DNA from: Dehalococcoidia bacterium
GTDB taxonomy: Bacteria > Chloroflexota > Dehalococcoidia > GIF9 > AB-539-J10
Length of the DNA stretch: 64,000 nt
NCBI GenBank assembly: GCA_049671165.1
Contig: JBATUN010000012.1
Coordinates: forward strand, 23,102 to 87,101
Direction of reading: 5' to 3'
The position numbers and the translations under genes were made by a program. Shown in pieces: positions 29,972-40,607 of this stretch. Each line of letters starts with the position of its first letter. Within the stretch, counting starts at the first letter, position 1. The notes under the pieces were generated by a model. It did not search any database. It was given only the letters and a program-made list of their open reading frames with translations, and had not been told where the DNA came from.

Positions 29972-30877
29972 ATGGTAGGTGAGTGTCAAATGGCTGAAAC
30001 AAAAGTCGGCATTATTGGTGGAAGCGGGCTTTATAAAATGGAGGGGATGACAGGGATGGAGAAAGTGAGGATTAGCACGCCCTTTGGCGAGCCCAGCGAT
30101 GCTATCATCTTGGGCAATCTAGAAGGAGTGAAGGTTGCCTTTCTTCCCAGACATGGTGAAGGACATCGAATAAGCCCCAGTGAGCTACCGGCGAAAGCTA
30201 ATATCTACGCCTTGAAATCTCTGGGGGTGGAAAGGATTATCTCTGTGAGTGCTGTCGGCAGTCTCAAGGAAGAGATAGAACCTCTGGAGATAGTCATTCC
30301 CGACCAGCTGATTGATGCCACCAGAGGAAGAGCCAGCACTTTTTTCACCAATGGGATAGTAGGGCATGTATCTTTTGCTGAACCTTTCTGTCCCGTTTTG
30401 AGTCAACTCTCGTTTGAGTCAAGTGCCAAAGTTGGGGTTAAGGTACATAAAGGCGGTACTTATTTGGTCGTGGAAGGTCCACAGTTCTCCACCAAGGCTG
30501 AGTCACAGCTTTATTGCTCTTGGGGTGTTGATGTTGTTGGGATGACAGCTTTGCCTGAAGCTAAGTTAGCCAGAGAGGCAGAAATATGCTATGCCACGGT
30601 GGCCATTGTCACCGATTATGATTGCTGGCATCCGAGTTATGAATCGGTGACCACGGAGATGATCTTAACCAACCTGCGGAAGGGCATTGATACTGTGAAG
30701 AGAATCTTGAAGTTACTACTACCTTCCATACCACAAAAACGAGACTGTGCCTGTGCTGGCGTTCTTAAACATGCCATAGCCACTGAGGCAAAATACATAC
30801 CGGAGGAAAAAAAGAAAGAGCTAGGGTTGCTAATTGACAAGTATTTAGCTGGAGGTAAAGATGTCAGCCAGGTTTGA
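29972..30877 (+). CDS. mtnP: S-methyl-5'-thioadenosine phosphorylase / purine nucleoside phosphorylase
   Basis: VGIIGGSGLY N-terminus and PNP/MTAP family phosphate-binding residues. Start may be the internal ATG at 29990. Confidence 0.85.
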   Translation: MVGECQMAETKVGIIGGSGLYKMEGMTGMEKVRISTPFGEPSDAIILGNLEGVKVAFLPRHGEGHRISPSELPAKANIYALKSLGVERIISVSAVGSLKEEIEPLEIVIPDQLIDATRGRASTFFTNGIVGHVSFAEPFCPVLSQLSFESSAKVGVKVHKGGTYLVVEGPQFSTKAESQLYCSWGVDVVGMTALPEAKLAREAEICYATVAIVTDYDCWHPSYESVTTEMILTNLRKGIDTVKRILKLLLPSIPQKRDCACAGVLKHAIATEAKYIPEEKKKELGLLIDKYLAGGKDVSQV

Positions 30878-31889
30878 GTTTGGGTGTTTGCCTACTGCTA
30901 TCGGCAGCATGCCTCACACAGATCCCGGAGAGGCCTGTTCTATTATTATGAAATATCTTACTGACATCCCCATCTGGCCGCAGTTACCTAAGCGCTCTCC
31001 TAAGGAAAACATGATTGTCCAATTCAGCGAGGGTTTCCCCGGTGTAGTTATAGAAGGGGACAAAATTCGCATCGAGCCTACGGCTGATTTTGAGAGTGAA
31101 CTGGAGCAAATCTATATTGATTGTGAACAAGGTAATGCCATTAAATATGGCATTTCGACTGAATATGCTGCCGGGCTTTATGCTTTCCTCTCCAAAGCAA
31201 CAGGCAGTAAAATAGTCAAGGGGCAAGTCACAGGTCCTGTCACCTGGGGCCTGGCGGTTACCCGTCAGGATGGTCTCGGCATTCTCTATGACGATACTTT
31301 AGCTGAAACCGCGGCTAAGTTCCTGCGGCTAAAAGCTTCGTGGCAGGAGAATATCTTGAAGAAAATATCGCCTAACCCTATTATCTTTGTTGACGAGCCC
31401 TATTTAGTTTCTTTAGGCTCGGTGTTTACTCCTATTCCTGAGGGAAAAGTGCCTGTTCTGCTAGAGGAGGTGTTGAGGGGAATTAAAGGGATAAAGGGGC
31501 TACACTGTTGCGGAAACACTAACTGGTCAGTCATTCTGGACACCACAATTGATATTCTCAGCTTTGATGCTTATAACTATGCCTCTTCACTAAGCACTCA
31601 CTCGGGTAAGGTGAAATCATTTCTTGAACGTGGTGGCAGCATTGCCTGGGGGATAGTCCCGAACGAGGAAGAGGCTTTAGTTAAAGAATCTTTGCCCAGC
31701 CTTCGTGACCGACTTGAGGAAGCTATGGCTCCATTTACCAGGGATGGTGTTAAGTTCAAGCAGATTATAGCTCAAGGGCTGATAACTCCTTCTTGTACCC
31801 TGGCAGGCTTGTCACTGGAAGAGGCAAATCAGACTCTCGAATTAACGGCTGAATTGTCCCGTGACCTAAGAAGTCGATATGTGGTGTGA
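30861..31889 (+). CDS. metE: Short 'core' cobalamin-independent-type methionine synthase (MetE C-terminal-domain homologue)
   Basis: MetE-like motifs KGQVTGPVTWGL, IFVDEPY, HCCGN (His/Cys Zn ligands) and TPSCTLAGL. ~340 aa, no N-terminal MetE domain. Confidence 0.7.
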   Translation: MSARFEFGCLPTAIGSMPHTDPGEACSIIMKYLTDIPIWPQLPKRSPKENMIVQFSEGFPGVVIEGDKIRIEPTADFESELEQIYIDCEQGNAIKYGISTEYAAGLYAFLSKATGSKIVKGQVTGPVTWGLAVTRQDGLGILYDDTLAETAAKFLRLKASWQENILKKISPNPIIFVDEPYLVSLGSVFTPIPEGKVPVLLEEVLRGIKGIKGLHCCGNTNWSVILDTTIDILSFDAYNYASSLSTHSGKVKSFLERGGSIAWGIVPNEEEALVKESLPSLRDRLEEAMAPFTRDGVKFKQIIAQGLITPSCTLAGLSLEEANQTLELTAELSRDLRSRYVV

Positions 31890-31938
31890 CCTGGCGAGAT
31901 AACGACTCTCAGGTCGTATCTCTTAGGAGCAAAGCTTA

Positions 31939-32391
31939 TTATTCTGAGGTATCTCCTTCTAAAGCTCTTATTTTGCTTACTCTTTGTACGTGTCTGCCGC
32001 CTTCAAAATCCGTGGCTAAGAAAGCCTCGACGATTTCCAAAGCTGACTTGTTGTCCGTATCCTCTGCTCTAAGGCACAAGATGTTGGCATCGTTGTGCTG
32101 GCGCGCTCGTTGTGCTGCAAACGCGTTACGGCACAAAGCCGCCCTTATCCCCTTTATTTTGTTGGCAGCTATGCTCATGCCTATGCCGGTATCGCATATT
32201 AAGATGCCATGGTCAAAATTCCCTGACGCTACTGCCTCCCCGACTTTCCGGGCGATGTCAGGATAGTCCACAGGCTCGGTGCTGTAGCAACCAAAATCTT
32301 GATAGCTATGGCCTGCCTTTTGCAGGAAGGGCATAACTAGCTCCTTTAAAGCAAAGCCGCGGTGGTCACAGCCTATGGCAATACGAGTCAT
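31939..32391 (-). CDS. rpiB: Ribose-5-phosphate isomerase B
   Basis: N-terminus MTRIAIGCDHRGFALKE. 150 aa. Confidence 0.9.
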   Translation of the reverse strand: MTRIAIGCDHRGFALKELVMPFLQKAGHSYQDFGCYSTEPVDYPDIARKVGEAVASGNFDHGILICDTGIGMSIAANKIKGIRAALCRNAFAAQRARQHNDANILCLRAEDTDNKSALEIVEAFLATDFEGGRHVQRVSKIRALEGDTSE

Positions 32392-33008
32392 TTTGCCTCC
32401 ACGTATTCCTCATATGCTTTGTCAACCTCATGCGAAGGTATGATGCCCTCGCGCAAAATCATCGGCGGTTCGCGGGTAATATCCACTATTGTGGATTCCT
32501 TGCCGGCAGGACATTTGCCTCCGTTGATGAGAAGGTCGATTTTCCCTTCTAATTGTTGACCAACTTCCTCGGCAGTTAAGGCAGCTGGCTGGCCACTAAC
32601 ATTGGCACTGGTTCCGGTTATGGGGTTTCCCAAGCCTTTTATGAGAGCCAGGCAGACAGGGTGGTTAGGAACACGTACTGCTATGGTAGGTCCTGAGGCT
32701 AGCCAGGCAGGCAACGAATCTTTTTTTGATAGAACTAGAGTCAACCCACCAGGCCAAAAGCGCGTAGCCAAAAGCCAGGTAATTTCTGGTATTGGCTCGG
32801 CCAGAATGATCAATTGCTTTACATCAGCGATAAGCAAAGGGAATTGCTGACACTTGGGACGGTTCTTTATCTCATAAATCCTTTCCACGGCCGCGGAATT
32901 GAAGGCGTCAGTCCCCAAGCCATAGACCGTATCGGTCGGGAAAGCAATTACCCCGCCCTTTCGCAGGATTTTGACTCCTTTCCTAATTTCTCGTTGTAAA
33001 ACACTCAT
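32388..33008 (-). CDS. tsaC: L-threonylcarbamoyladenylate synthase (YrdC/Sua5 family)
   Basis: Motif VIAFPTDTVYGLGTD. 206 aa. Confidence 0.85.
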   Translation of the reverse strand: MSVLQREIRKGVKILRKGGVIAFPTDTVYGLGTDAFNSAAVERIYEIKNRPKCQQFPLLIADVKQLIILAEPIPEITWLLATRFWPGGLTLVLSKKDSLPAWLASGPTIAVRVPNHPVCLALIKGLGNPITGTSANVSGQPAALTAEEVGQQLEGKIDLLINGGKCPAGKESTIVDITREPPMILREGIIPSHEVDKAYEEYVEAK

Positions 33009-33196
33009 CTTTCTTAGTGTTAGTATAGCATGGTGCTTGTCCAGGTCAGAAGTTCTTTTCTTCCCACATTTGAAATCTTGGCAGGCTTTAACCGCGAGTG
33101 ATGAACATTGCCAGGCGAGAAAAGGCTTAACTTATTTCGGTTGATAATAGTTCAAGATAATGGTAAGCTAAATGCATCCACCGCCGCAAATCTGCC

Positions 33197-34861
33197 ATGA
33201 AGAAGAAGATAGAAAGCCACAGAATTACTGCCAGCGATGATATTGAAGTCTCTACTTATCTGGGGCTGGCCAAGGAGTTACGTGGCGAGCAACCTATAAT
33301 TGAACCCAAGCTACCCCCGAGCGAGCGTGACACTATAGTAGTGCTCGACTTTGGGTCTCAGTATAGCATGCTCATTGCCAGGCGGGTCCGGGAGTGCCAT
33401 GTTTCTTGCGAGCTTGTGCCTTACGATACGCCTTGGGAGAAAATAAGCACCCTTAATCCACGCGGATTTATCCTCTCGGGAGGTCCGGCCAGCGTTTATG
33501 ATGCTGGCGCTCCCATGCCTTTACCGTATATTTATGAGAGCCGTCTACCTGTGATGGGCATTTGCTATGGGACGCAGGCCATCGCTTATCACTTGGGTGG
33601 GGAGGTAACTCAGGGAACGAAGCGCGAATACGGCCACACAATCGTACATATAAGTGCTGAAGACTGTCCTCTTTTTGCCGGTCTTCCATCATCTTTCCCC
33701 GTGTGGATGAGCCATGGTGACCAAGTAATGGAGCTGCCGCCAGGCTTCAGAACCTTGGCTCATACTGAAAATTCGCCATTTGCAGTCATAGGTAGAGACA
33801 ATAGTATTTACGGACTGCAGTTTCACCCTGAAGTAGTTCACACAGCTCACGGCAAAACCATATTCCAGAATTTTGTACTTGAAATATGCGGCTGCCAGGG
33901 CAACTGGACACCGGCTAATTTCATAGCTGAGAGCGTAGATAAAATTAAGGAGCAAGTGGGTGGTGGGAGAGTGGTCTGTGCTCTTTCTGGAGGCGTTGAT
34001 TCAGCAGTAACTGCTACCCTGATTGACCGTGCTATTGGCAATAGCTTAACTTGTATCTTTATCAACAATGGCTTATTACGTCGTGATGAACCTGAAAGAG
34101 TGCTTAATACCTTCAAGCGTAACCTCAAAATGGATATAGTTTACATAGATGCTACCGATAGATTCTTGGAACGACTTAAAGGGGTTAACGATCCGGAACA
34201 GAAGCGACACTTAGTAGGAAACGAGTTCATCCAGATTTTTGAGGAAGAAGCGGCCAAATTAGGTAAGATTGATTTTCTCGCCCAGGGCACTCTTTATCCC
34301 GATGTCATCGAAAGTACCTCTACAGATACCAAAGCTGCTGCCAAGATAAAGAGCCATCATAACGTCGGCGGGTTACCGGCTAAAATGAGTTTCGCTCTTA
34401 TTGAACCCCTGAGGTATTTGTTTAAGGATGAAGTTCGACAGGTGGGGTTAGCTCTGGGCCTGCCCGAGGATAGGGTCTGGCGGCAGCCTTTCCCCGGACC
34501 GGGCTTAGCCATTCGTATCATTGGCGAAGTGACCAAAGAGAAGCTGGAGATACTCCGGGCTGCTGATTGGATCCTGATGAGTGAAATTAAGAAAGCCAAG
34601 CTTTATCGTCAGCTTTGGCAAAGCTTTGCTGTACTTACTGATGTCAGGAGCGTTGGCGTCATGGGCGACTACAGGACTTACGGCTACCTGGCAGCGGTCA
34701 GAGCAGTGACCAGTGAAGACGCCATGACTGCTGATTGGGCTCGCCTGCCCCACGATCTTCTCGCTACAATATCTGACCGCATAGTTAATGAGATTCCCAG
34801 TGTCAACAGAGTAGTTTATGATATCACCAGTAAACCACCGTCAACTATAGAGTGGGAATAA
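33197..34861 (+). CDS. guaA: GMP synthase (glutamine-hydrolysing)
   Basis: GATase domain (LDFGSQY...CYGTQ), PP-loop SGGVDS, conserved C-terminus. N-terminal ~35 aa of the ORF probably not translated. Confidence 0.93.
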   Translation: MKKKIESHRITASDDIEVSTYLGLAKELRGEQPIIEPKLPPSERDTIVVLDFGSQYSMLIARRVRECHVSCELVPYDTPWEKISTLNPRGFILSGGPASVYDAGAPMPLPYIYESRLPVMGICYGTQAIAYHLGGEVTQGTKREYGHTIVHISAEDCPLFAGLPSSFPVWMSHGDQVMELPPGFRTLAHTENSPFAVIGRDNSIYGLQFHPEVVHTAHGKTIFQNFVLEICGCQGNWTPANFIAESVDKIKEQVGGGRVVCALSGGVDSAVTATLIDRAIGNSLTCIFINNGLLRRDEPERVLNTFKRNLKMDIVYIDATDRFLERLKGVNDPEQKRHLVGNEFIQIFEEEAAKLGKIDFLAQGTLYPDVIESTSTDTKAAAKIKSHHNVGGLPAKMSFALIEPLRYLFKDEVRQVGLALGLPEDRVWRQPFPGPGLAIRIIGEVTKEKLEILRAADWILMSEIKKAKLYRQLWQSFAVLTDVRSVGVMGDYRTYGYLAAVRAVTSEDAMTADWARLPHDLLATISDRIVNEIPSVNRVVYDITSKPPSTIEWE

Positions 34862-34881
34862 GTAGCAAAGGAGGGGAAAAG

Positions 34882-35139
34882 ATGAGTTATTCTTCTGAAG
34901 AAATTGACGATGAACAGCTAGCTATAATAGACGATTTAGAAATGCTGCGCGAGGATTTGGTGGGCGAGTTGCAGGCCATTAACCAGTATCATGGGCATGT
35001 ATTAATCCTGGAGAATGAAGAGGCTGTGACTATACTGGAACATATTATTGAAGAAGAGAAAGAGCATGTTGCAGAGTTGCTCAGACTAATTCAGAGTCTC
35101 GACCCTGTTCAGGCTGGCAAATTTAGGGAGATTTCATAG
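34882..35139 (+). CDS. Small ferritin-like/rubrerythrin-like helical protein (hypothetical)
   Basis: Start placed at the ATG after SD AAGGAGGGG. Paired E..H helices (ELQAINQYHGH...EEEKEHVAEL). Confidence 0.4.
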   Translation: MSYSSEEIDDEQLAIIDDLEMLREDLVGELQAINQYHGHVLILENEEAVTILEHIIEEEKEHVAELLRLIQSLDPVQAGKFREIS

Positions 35140-35427
35140 AGATGTCACACAGAGTGAAACTAAAGGGTGTAAGGAAGAATAGAGGTAAGCATAAGAAGAA
35201 GAAGAAGAAGAGGTAGGTATTCTCCGGTGCCGAAACTGGCTGTCACTAGTGGTAACTTCCAATATCTTCTCCAGTCCTATCTTTTCAGAAACTGGCGTTG
35301 AGTCAGAAAGTGGAGGACTTAGTGCATCTATACTGTAAAGGCTGATGTGCGAAAGTGGAATTTGATGATATGGGTGGTGTGATGGAGGCAGGCAAACATA
35401 GGTAGGAGTTTGGAGTAGGTAAGGGAG

Positions 35428-35772
35428 ATGCCGTATTGTCCTCAGTGTCGGGATGAATTTCAGGACTGGGTGAAGGTCTGCCCGGACTGCAAAGTTGCTC
35501 TCGTGGCGGAATTGCCTCTTCAACCCAAGCATGAAGAAGTGGACGAGCCGCTGGTATACATTGCTACTGCCCCCAATGAATCGGTCGCGAGCATGTGGTC
35601 AGGAGTTCTTGAGGAGCATGGCATTCGCTGCCTACTGAAAAGTGCGAATCTTCGAGCAGCCATGTATGCCTTCACTTATAACATGACGTGCCAAATTCAT
35701 GTGTTGGCATCGCAGGCTGAGCGGGCAAAAGAGATATTAGCTCCCTTGCTCGAAATTGACGCGCGAGAGTGA
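35428..35772 (+). CDS. Zn-ribbon + DUF2007-like (putative signal-transducing) small protein
   Basis: CPQC...CPDC ribbon, then a C-terminal ~70-aa module resembling DUF2007. Confidence 0.45.
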   Translation: MPYCPQCRDEFQDWVKVCPDCKVALVAELPLQPKHEEVDEPLVYIATAPNESVASMWSGVLEEHGIRCLLKSANLRAAMYAFTYNMTCQIHVLASQAERAKEILAPLLEIDARE

Positions 35773-35775
35773 ATC

Positions 35776-37059
35776 TTGAAGATACTAGTCGTTGGTGGTG
35801 GAGGCAGGGAACACACCCTAGTGTGGAAGATTGCCCGGAGTCCCCGGGTGGAGAGAGTTTTTGCCGCCCCTGGAAATGCCGGCACAGCCGCTATTGCGGA
35901 AAACCTGAATTTGCATCCCACCGATATAGAAGGGCTGGGCAAGGCCGCTAAAGAAAAAGGCATTGATCTTGTCATTGTTGGCCCTGAGGCGCCCCTAGCT
36001 TCAGGCATAGTGGACTATTTTGATAAGCTTGGCATCGCTATTTTCGGTCCTACCAAAGCAGCCACCCAGATAGAATCGAGCAAGGTTTTTGCGCGAAATC
36101 TAATGGAGAAATGTGGCATTCCTTGTCCCAAAGGCGCCATTTTCTCATCTTATTCTGAAGCTCGGGAATTCCTTCGAAAACAGCATCTACCCGTCGTCAT
36201 CAAGGCCGACGGATTAGCGGCTGGGAAAGGTGTGATTATTGCTGGTTCTCTGACAGAAGCTCACAAAACCCTCGGCGATATCATGAAGGCTAAAGTCTTC
36301 GGCTCCGCAGGGGATAGAGTGATGATTGATGAGTATCTTGGCGGTCAGGAAGTAAGCCTCATAGCTTTCACCGATGGTAAAACAGTCTCGCCTATGATGC
36401 CAGCCTGCGACTATAAGAAAATCGGAGATAATGACCAGGGTCCCAACACGGGAGGCATGGGAAGTTACAGTCCGCCGGGTTTTTTCTCCGCCCAGATGAC
36501 AGAAAAGGTAACCAGGGATATTTTGTTGCCCACTGTAAAGGCTATGGCGAAAGAAGGCCTGCCTTATAAGGGAGTGCTCTATGCCGGGTTAATGATTGTC
36601 GATGGAAAGCCTGTGGTGCTGGAGTTTAACGCTCGCTTTGGCGACCCGGAGACTCAGGCCATTTTGCCTCTTCTCAAGACTGACCTCGTAGATGTACTTA
36701 TGGCAGTGATTCAGGGCAACCTCGACCGGGTGAACATAGAGTGGAGTCCGGAGGCCTGCGTAGGTGTAGTTATGGCTTCGGGTGGCTATCCTGGCAGCTA
36801 TAAAACCGGTTTTCGCATACAAGGGATAGAGGATGTGGATGAAGATGTGCTGGTTTTCCATGCGGGAACCAATTTAGGAAATGATGGCCTAATTTATACC
36901 GACGGCGGGCGAGTGCTTACCGTAGCAGGTGTGGGCAAGAACATGGCTGAGGCTCGGGAAAAGGTTTACCGCAACATCTCTAACATTTGCTTCGAAGGCT
37001 GTTATTATCGCAAAGACATTGCTTTGAGAGAGATAGATAAGATAAAATCTAAACCCTAA
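35776..37059 (+). CDS. purD: Phosphoribosylamine--glycine ligase
   Basis: N-terminus MKILVVGGGGREH and an ATP-grasp region. Confidence 0.95.
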   Translation: MKILVVGGGGREHTLVWKIARSPRVERVFAAPGNAGTAAIAENLNLHPTDIEGLGKAAKEKGIDLVIVGPEAPLASGIVDYFDKLGIAIFGPTKAATQIESSKVFARNLMEKCGIPCPKGAIFSSYSEAREFLRKQHLPVVIKADGLAAGKGVIIAGSLTEAHKTLGDIMKAKVFGSAGDRVMIDEYLGGQEVSLIAFTDGKTVSPMMPACDYKKIGDNDQGPNTGGMGSYSPPGFFSAQMTEKVTRDILLPTVKAMAKEGLPYKGVLYAGLMIVDGKPVVLEFNARFGDPETQAILPLLKTDLVDVLMAVIQGNLDRVNIEWSPEACVGVVMASGGYPGSYKTGFRIQGIEDVDEDVLVFHAGTNLGNDGLIYTDGGRVLTVAGVGKNMAEAREKVYRNISNICFEGCYYRKDIALREIDKIKSKP

Positions 37060-37182
37060 AAGGAAATCAAAAGGCAAAAGTAGAAATGCAAAATGACAGG
37101 TCAGAATACAAAAAATAAGTTTAGCAAAGCCTTTTTGCATTTTGAATTGTAATTCTAATTTTTTGTCTTTGATTTTTGACAT

Positions 37183-37662
37183 TTGTGGAGGATTTACATG
37201 GCAATGGCATTAGTGGGCGTAGTCATAGGTAGCAAGACAGATAACGAACTGATACAGCCAGCGCTGGACATGCTGAAGCAATTGGGCATTGATTATGAAC
37301 TCTCCGTTATCTCAGCCCACAGAAATCCCGAGAAGTCAAAGGACTATGGCTTGGGGGCAGAGAAGAGGGGGCTCAGAGTTATCATCGCCGCCGCCGGTTA
37401 TGCCGCTCACCTTCCCGGTGTCTTGGCTAGCTGGACAACCTTGCCTGTAATCGGTGTGCCCTTACCCACCAGTGAGCTTAAAGGCATGGACGCTTTGCTA
37501 TCTATAAGCCAGATGCCGGGGGGAGTGCCGGTAGCCTGTATGGGTATTGGAGCAAGCGGAGCCAAGAATGCTGCCTTGCTCGCCGTCCAGATTTTAGCCA
37601 TCGAGCATGGAGAGATAAAAGAAGCCTATCGCAAATATAAGGAAGAACTAGCAAGAGGATAG
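37183..37662 (+). CDS. purE: N5-carboxyaminoimidazole ribonucleotide mutase
   Basis: PurE fold. N-terminus VGVVIGSKTD. Start likely 37198 or 37204. Confidence 0.9.
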   Translation: MWRIYMAMALVGVVIGSKTDNELIQPALDMLKQLGIDYELSVISAHRNPEKSKDYGLGAEKRGLRVIIAAAGYAAHLPGVLASWTTLPVIGVPLPTSELKGMDALLSISQMPGGVPVACMGIGASGAKNAALLAVQILAIEHGEIKEAYRKYKEELARG

Positions 37663-37663
37663 T

Positions 37664-39019
37664 ATGATTGAGCGCTACTCTAGGCCTCAGATGAAGAAGA
37701 TCTGGTCTGAAGAGAACAAATTTGGCCAATGGCTGAAGGTGGAGATAGCTGTTTGTGAAGCCTGGGCTGAGCTGGGCGAAATCCCTCGAAAAGATATAGT
37801 CAAAATAAGGAAAGCCAGCTACAACTTGAATCGTATCGCCAATTTTCTGAAGGTGACCCACCATGATATGACGGCTTTTCTTAACTCGGTGGCTGAAAGC
37901 CTGGGGCTGGAGTCGCGCTTCATACATCTTGGTCTTACATCTTCGGATGTTATGGATACTGCCCTTGGCTCGCAACTGACCCAGGCAGCTGATATTTTGG
38001 CCAAAGACGTAGCCGAGCTTATATCCGTACTGGAGAGTAAAGCTATGGAGTACAAATACACTATTATGATGGGCCGGACCCACGGGGTTCATGCTGAGCC
38101 AACTACCTTTGGCTTGAAGATGGCCCTGTGGACTGAAGAAATGAAGCGTAATGCTCAAAGGCTGGCTGAAGCCAAGCAAATTATCTCTGTGGGTAAAATA
38201 TCCGGAGCAGTGGGCACTTATGCCACTGTGCCTCCTCAGGTTGAGAGAATAGCTTGCACTAGGTTAGGGCTTGCTCCGGCTCCTATATCAAGCCAGATAG
38301 TCCAGCGTGACCGCCATGCCCAATTCCTGACCACTTTGGCTATTATCGCCAGCTCCCTGGAGAAATTTGCCACTGAGATTAGAGGTCTCCAACGGACGGA
38401 AGTTCGGGAGGTTGAAGAGCCTTTTGAGGCAGGGCAAACAGGTTCCTCGGCAATGCCTCATAAGCGAAACCCTGAGCTTTGTGAGCGTATCTGTGGACTG
38501 GCTCGATTAATAAGAGGCTATGCTGTTACTTCTCTGGAGAACATCGCCTTGTGGCACGAACGTGACATCAGTCACTCATCAGCAGAGCGAATTATTCTGC
38601 CTGATTCCTGTCTGGCCGTAGATTACATGTTACATGTATTTACCTCAATAATGGACGGGCTCAAAGTTTATCCGGAAAATATGCGTCATAATATCGAGCT
38701 CACCCAGGGGGTTGTCTTTTCCCAAAGGGTGCTCCTTGCATTAGTAGGTAAAGGCCTACCGCGCGGAGAAGCTTATGAAATAGTGCAGGACAATGCCATG
38801 AAAGCCTGGGAGAAAAGGAAAACCTTTCTGAGCTTGCTTGAAGCAGATAAGAGAGTAACTCATCATTTGAGCAAAAAGGAACTGAGATCTCTCTTTGATT
38901 ATGGTTACTACATGAACCATGTGGACGATATCTTTAAACGATTGAACTTGACCAAAACCAGGCGGGGAAAGAAAGCTGGTAAGACTGAGTCAACTGAATT
39001 GGCTCCTAGGGCAGTGTAG
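37664..39019 (+). CDS. purB: Adenylosuccinate lyase
   Basis: Fumarate-lyase signature GSSAMPHKRNP. 451 aa. Confidence 0.95.
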   Translation: MIERYSRPQMKKIWSEENKFGQWLKVEIAVCEAWAELGEIPRKDIVKIRKASYNLNRIANFLKVTHHDMTAFLNSVAESLGLESRFIHLGLTSSDVMDTALGSQLTQAADILAKDVAELISVLESKAMEYKYTIMMGRTHGVHAEPTTFGLKMALWTEEMKRNAQRLAEAKQIISVGKISGAVGTYATVPPQVERIACTRLGLAPAPISSQIVQRDRHAQFLTTLAIIASSLEKFATEIRGLQRTEVREVEEPFEAGQTGSSAMPHKRNPELCERICGLARLIRGYAVTSLENIALWHERDISHSSAERIILPDSCLAVDYMLHVFTSIMDGLKVYPENMRHNIELTQGVVFSQRVLLALVGKGLPRGEAYEIVQDNAMKAWEKRKTFLSLLEADKRVTHHLSKKELRSLFDYGYYMNHVDDIFKRLNLTKTRRGKKAGKTESTELAPRAV

Positions 39020-39077
39020 TGATAGGGCCTTCACTTCAAATCCTGTATCTTAGCGCGTAACGGAGGAAAACGGAAGG

Positions 39078-40529
39078 ATGAAGACTGCGAAAGAATACCT
39101 TGATAGCATGAAGAAGATGCGTTTTGAACTCTACATGTTTGGAGAGCGGGTTACCAATCATGCCGATAATCCGATTATTAGACCGACAAGGAATTGTGTT
39201 GCTGCTACTTATGAACTTGCCGGAGAGTCCGAATTTCCGCAATATCACAACGTTATGACAGCCACCTCTCATCTAACGGGAAAGAAGATAAATCGTTTCT
39301 GTCACATTCATCAGAGTACTGAAGACCTGGTTAACAAGTCAAAAATGGGCAGAGGATTAGGTGCTTATACTGGTTCTTGCTTTCAGCGTTGTGTCGGGAT
39401 GGACACCTTGAACACTCTGTCGATAGTAACCTACGACATTGACCAGAAGTATGGGACCGAATACAACAAACGTTTCTTAGAATACTTGAGGTACGTACAG
39501 GATGAAGACCTCGTTTGTTGTGGTGCCATGACTGATGCCAAGGGCGATAGAAGTCTTCGTCCAGCCGAGCAAGCCGACCCTGACCAATACCTTCACGTAG
39601 TGGAGGAGAAGTCGGATGGCATTGTAGTTCGTGGGAACAAAATGCACCAGACAGGAGCTGTAAATTCACATGAAATCGTCTGCATGCCGACCAGAGCTAT
39701 GCGTGGAGAAGATAAGGATTATGCCGTTTCTTTTGCCTTGCCCAGCGACACCCAAGGGATCATATACATCTATGGCAGACAGCCGTGCGACACAAGAAAA
39801 ATGGACAGCCCGAATATGGATGTCGGCAACATTCTTTATGGGGGGCAGGAGTGCATGGTTGTTTTTGACGACGTGTTTGTTCCCTGGGACCGAGTCTTCA
39901 TGTACAAGGAATATGACTTTGCCGGCGACCTGGTAGAGAAGTTTTCTGCCTATCACCGCCAGAGTTATGCCTGCAAATCAGGTATGGGCGATGTCTTGAT
40001 TGGCGCCAGTCAACTAATTGCTGAATATCAAGGTACTGCCAAAGCTTCCCACATTAGAGACAAAATCATTGACATGATTCAGTTCAATGAGACCCTGATG
40101 TCTTGCAGTCTTGCCTGCGCTTATGAAGGCCACAGAGAAGCTTCCGGGACTTACCTTGTAGACACTTTGAGAGCCAATGTCTCTAAACTAAACGTGACGA
40201 AATTTCCTTATGATATAGCCAGACTGGCCCAGGATATCGCTGGCGGCTTAATAGTAACCATGCCTTCTGAAAAGGACCTTAAGCATCCCAAGATAGGCAA
40301 ATATGTTGGTAAGTATCTGAAGGGCGTTGATGGTGTTCCGATAGAGAATCGCATTCGTGTATTACGACTGATTGAGAATCTCACCGCGGGTTTAGGAGCC
40401 GCATGTTATTTGACAGAATCGATGCATGGTGCCGGATCACCTATGGCTCAGAAGATTATGATTGGCAGGCTGGCCAATATGGAGAGAATGAAAAGCAGCG
40501 CCAAGAGGTTGTGCGGCATTGAATCGTAG
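39078..40529 (+). CDS. 4-hydroxybutyryl-CoA dehydratase / 4-hydroxyphenylacetate 3-hydroxylase family protein (AbfD/HpaB-like)
   Basis: 483 aa. N-terminus MKTAKEYLDSMKKMRFELYMFGERV. A CxxxC pair (CFQRCVGMD) plus downstream H/C, as in the [4Fe-4S] site of 4-hydroxybutyryl-CoA dehydratase. Confidence 0.65.
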   Translation: MKTAKEYLDSMKKMRFELYMFGERVTNHADNPIIRPTRNCVAATYELAGESEFPQYHNVMTATSHLTGKKINRFCHIHQSTEDLVNKSKMGRGLGAYTGSCFQRCVGMDTLNTLSIVTYDIDQKYGTEYNKRFLEYLRYVQDEDLVCCGAMTDAKGDRSLRPAEQADPDQYLHVVEEKSDGIVVRGNKMHQTGAVNSHEIVCMPTRAMRGEDKDYAVSFALPSDTQGIIYIYGRQPCDTRKMDSPNMDVGNILYGGQECMVVFDDVFVPWDRVFMYKEYDFAGDLVEKFSAYHRQSYACKSGMGDVLIGASQLIAEYQGTAKASHIRDKIIDMIQFNETLMSCSLACAYEGHREASGTYLVDTLRANVSKLNVTKFPYDIARLAQDIAGGLIVTMPSEKDLKHPKIGKYVGKYLKGVDGVPIENRIRVLRLIENLTAGLGAACYLTESMHGAGSPMAQKIMIGRLANMERMKSSAKRLCGIES

Positions 40530-40607
40530 TTACTGGGTTGCGTTTATGGAGAAGCGACTTCTTGAACCTTTACTGAGAACATCCTAGTCTGGGCTAAGGA
40601 GGCAATT

